Shown one piece after another: positions 62,121 to 64,000 of a DNA stretch of 64,000 nt (position 1 is the stretch's first letter; every line of letters starts with the position of its first letter). The notes beneath the pieces were generated by a model. It worked only from the letters and a program-made list of their open reading frames with translations. It had not been told where the DNA came from and did no database searches. The position numbers and the translations under genes were made by a program. The stretch is from Mizuhopecten yessoensis (taxonomy: Eukaryota), in assembly GCF_002113885.1 (NCBI RefSeq), contig NW_018408780.1, positions 245,543 to 309,542 on the forward strand, written 5' to 3'.

Positions 62121-64000
62121 AAACACTGTTTGTATCAATGGCTAAATTTTGGTTTTCAAAAAAAAATGTGCATATTGACAGGAACAAGTGTCCAATTAAA
62201 ATGATTTTTATTGCAATTCCAAGTTTTTGTTATTCAAATTTTGATATTTACAACAAACAAATCAATTCACTCTTAGTTGAATACAGAACAGGATTCAAAT
62301 GGTAGATAGCTTTATGTGTACATTAATATTATACAGGTATGTACTTACTTCATGTTACTAAAAACTCACTTCTGACTTAAGGATTCTCATTTCTTGTCAT
62401 ATTACTATGGATTTATATCAAGGATACAGCTCTTCTGATATTATATTTTAGGGTAAGAGAAATGGTGTTCTATAGACCTTATTGCAATCTGGTGGTGCTT
62501 ACTGGGAAGTTTATATTTCTGCTTTCAGCCGAATATTCTTCAATAATTCATGTATGCATAAATTTATCAAAATACTTTTAAATCAGTATGTCAATACAAA
62601 AAAAAATGTTTCAATTTTGGAGAGTCAGATGTAACTTAATAAAGATTTATTGCAATTTCAAGTAAATCATAGTATATATATAAAGTAATAGTGAGAGTAT
62701 AGAGACTGTAGCTCAGCTAGGCTTGATGTTGTATTGTAAAAATAAATTGAAAACAGATGAACCACAGTCATCAAAAGAGATATACATTTCTTATAAGTAC
62801 AACATTTGTTACTGAGGTTAGTTATATTAAGGGAATTTTAGGAGGTTTGCTGATGGGAACGTCCTGATTGAAGGAGTTTGGGATGGTCTGTACATGGCAC
62901 GCCGTACCAGTCTCACAAGTGTAGTTAGCACTGTGAGGCTGAGGACTGAAGTCATATTGTTTAAGGCAGGATTTAGTCATAACAACATATATATACATGT
63001 TGGGGACAAACATGATGTCGATTGGGATCAGTTGTAATAGATCTGTTATCATCCTTTCATGCAATTTAAACATACAAAGGGGATCACAGTTTTAATTCTA
63101 CTGACTTCAAGTGTACACTGCAAAATATAGGATTTACCTTTTTATGCAAATTTTGCAAGATAACGGTTATTAAGAAAAGTATTCAGAACATCCAAAAGCA
63201 CCCTTAACTTCCCTGCAATGTACAATGCAAGTATAAATTGCTATAAAGTTGATCATGAAGAAAGGTCATGTTTAACAATCATGTGTGAAGCCATTATTGA
63301 TGGTCTTCATACTATTGGAATTTTATCCGAACACAAAGCTATTTTATGGTAGATTTTGGTAATTTGGTAGTTTTAAGTACTTGCACATGATATCACAGCA
63401 TAAGAGTTGCAAAAAAACCAGAAACATTTCTCGCCCCTTGCTGAGATTGTTACCATGATTTAATGGTACCATATGGACTAGACATACCAGTAACAATATG
63501 TGTTTCAATTTACCAATTGTAGCCCACATTATTCAGTGGCTTCTCTCAATAAATCACAGGCTATTTGAGCAAATTGTAGAGAATGAATAATAAACATCAT
63601 GATAAATAAAGTTTTGATTAGTAGACTTTAATAGTATCCTATAAAATACACATTGTATATATGATTAACCGCGGAGTACAAATAATGTATGTCCAAGTCA
63701 TTAACATTTTGCCTCAGACTCATTTACTTGGAAACATGCTTGCTCTGTGTATATTAGTCTTAGATTAAGATGACTGGAATCTATAAAAAGAAAATGGAGA
63801 AAATCCATTTATCAACTTGAGCACAAATTCCTTTGCACAATTACCCAGCCTTTTTGTGTTTTACAGATTTGTGCTCGAATGAGTCAACTAATTTCAAAAT
63901 GCAATTCCTCATTTGTGAATATGAAAGTACTATTTACTGTTTGCAGTAGCTAGGAATCCATGGTATGTTTGAAGGAAATTGTCTTTGACTGCAGCTATTC

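Noticed and set aside
63867-63949. Possible exon after acceptor tgttttacag
   Set aside because: Phase-1 reading reaches TAG without a convincing donor; no LDLa cysteine pattern.

Overview
AT-rich, repeat-rich eukaryotic DNA with GT-AG spliceosomal introns. The repeat families suggest a bivalve mollusc, but that is inference. Almost all ORFs in the supplied track are spurious. The left half (3022-29764, minus strand) is a complete multi-exon orthologue of CSTPP1/C11orf49 (centriolar-satellite regulator of the tubulin polyglutamylase complex), assembled by hand with compatible intron phases into a core isoform of about 351 aa. The most notable feature is its 3' half, which looks like a combinatorial C-terminal splicing module: two paralogous 55-nt mutually exclusive exons, an alternative terminal exon, and five frame-preserving phase-2 cassette/micro-exons (15, 21, 45, 69 and 6 nt) scattered through an 18-kb interval. 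About 1.85 kb upstream of its start codon, a divergent plus-strand gene begins with a 46-nt signal-peptide exon (31610-31655). No second exon was recognised in the remaining 32 kb; LRP4 is a synteny-based guess only. The rest is intronic: many minisatellites, several MITE families (one containing a young 31-bp satellite), a tRNA-derived SINE, a 5'-truncated retroposon, a Penelope-like RT fossil and one assembly gap. No CRISPR array, rRNA or intact tRNA gene was seen.
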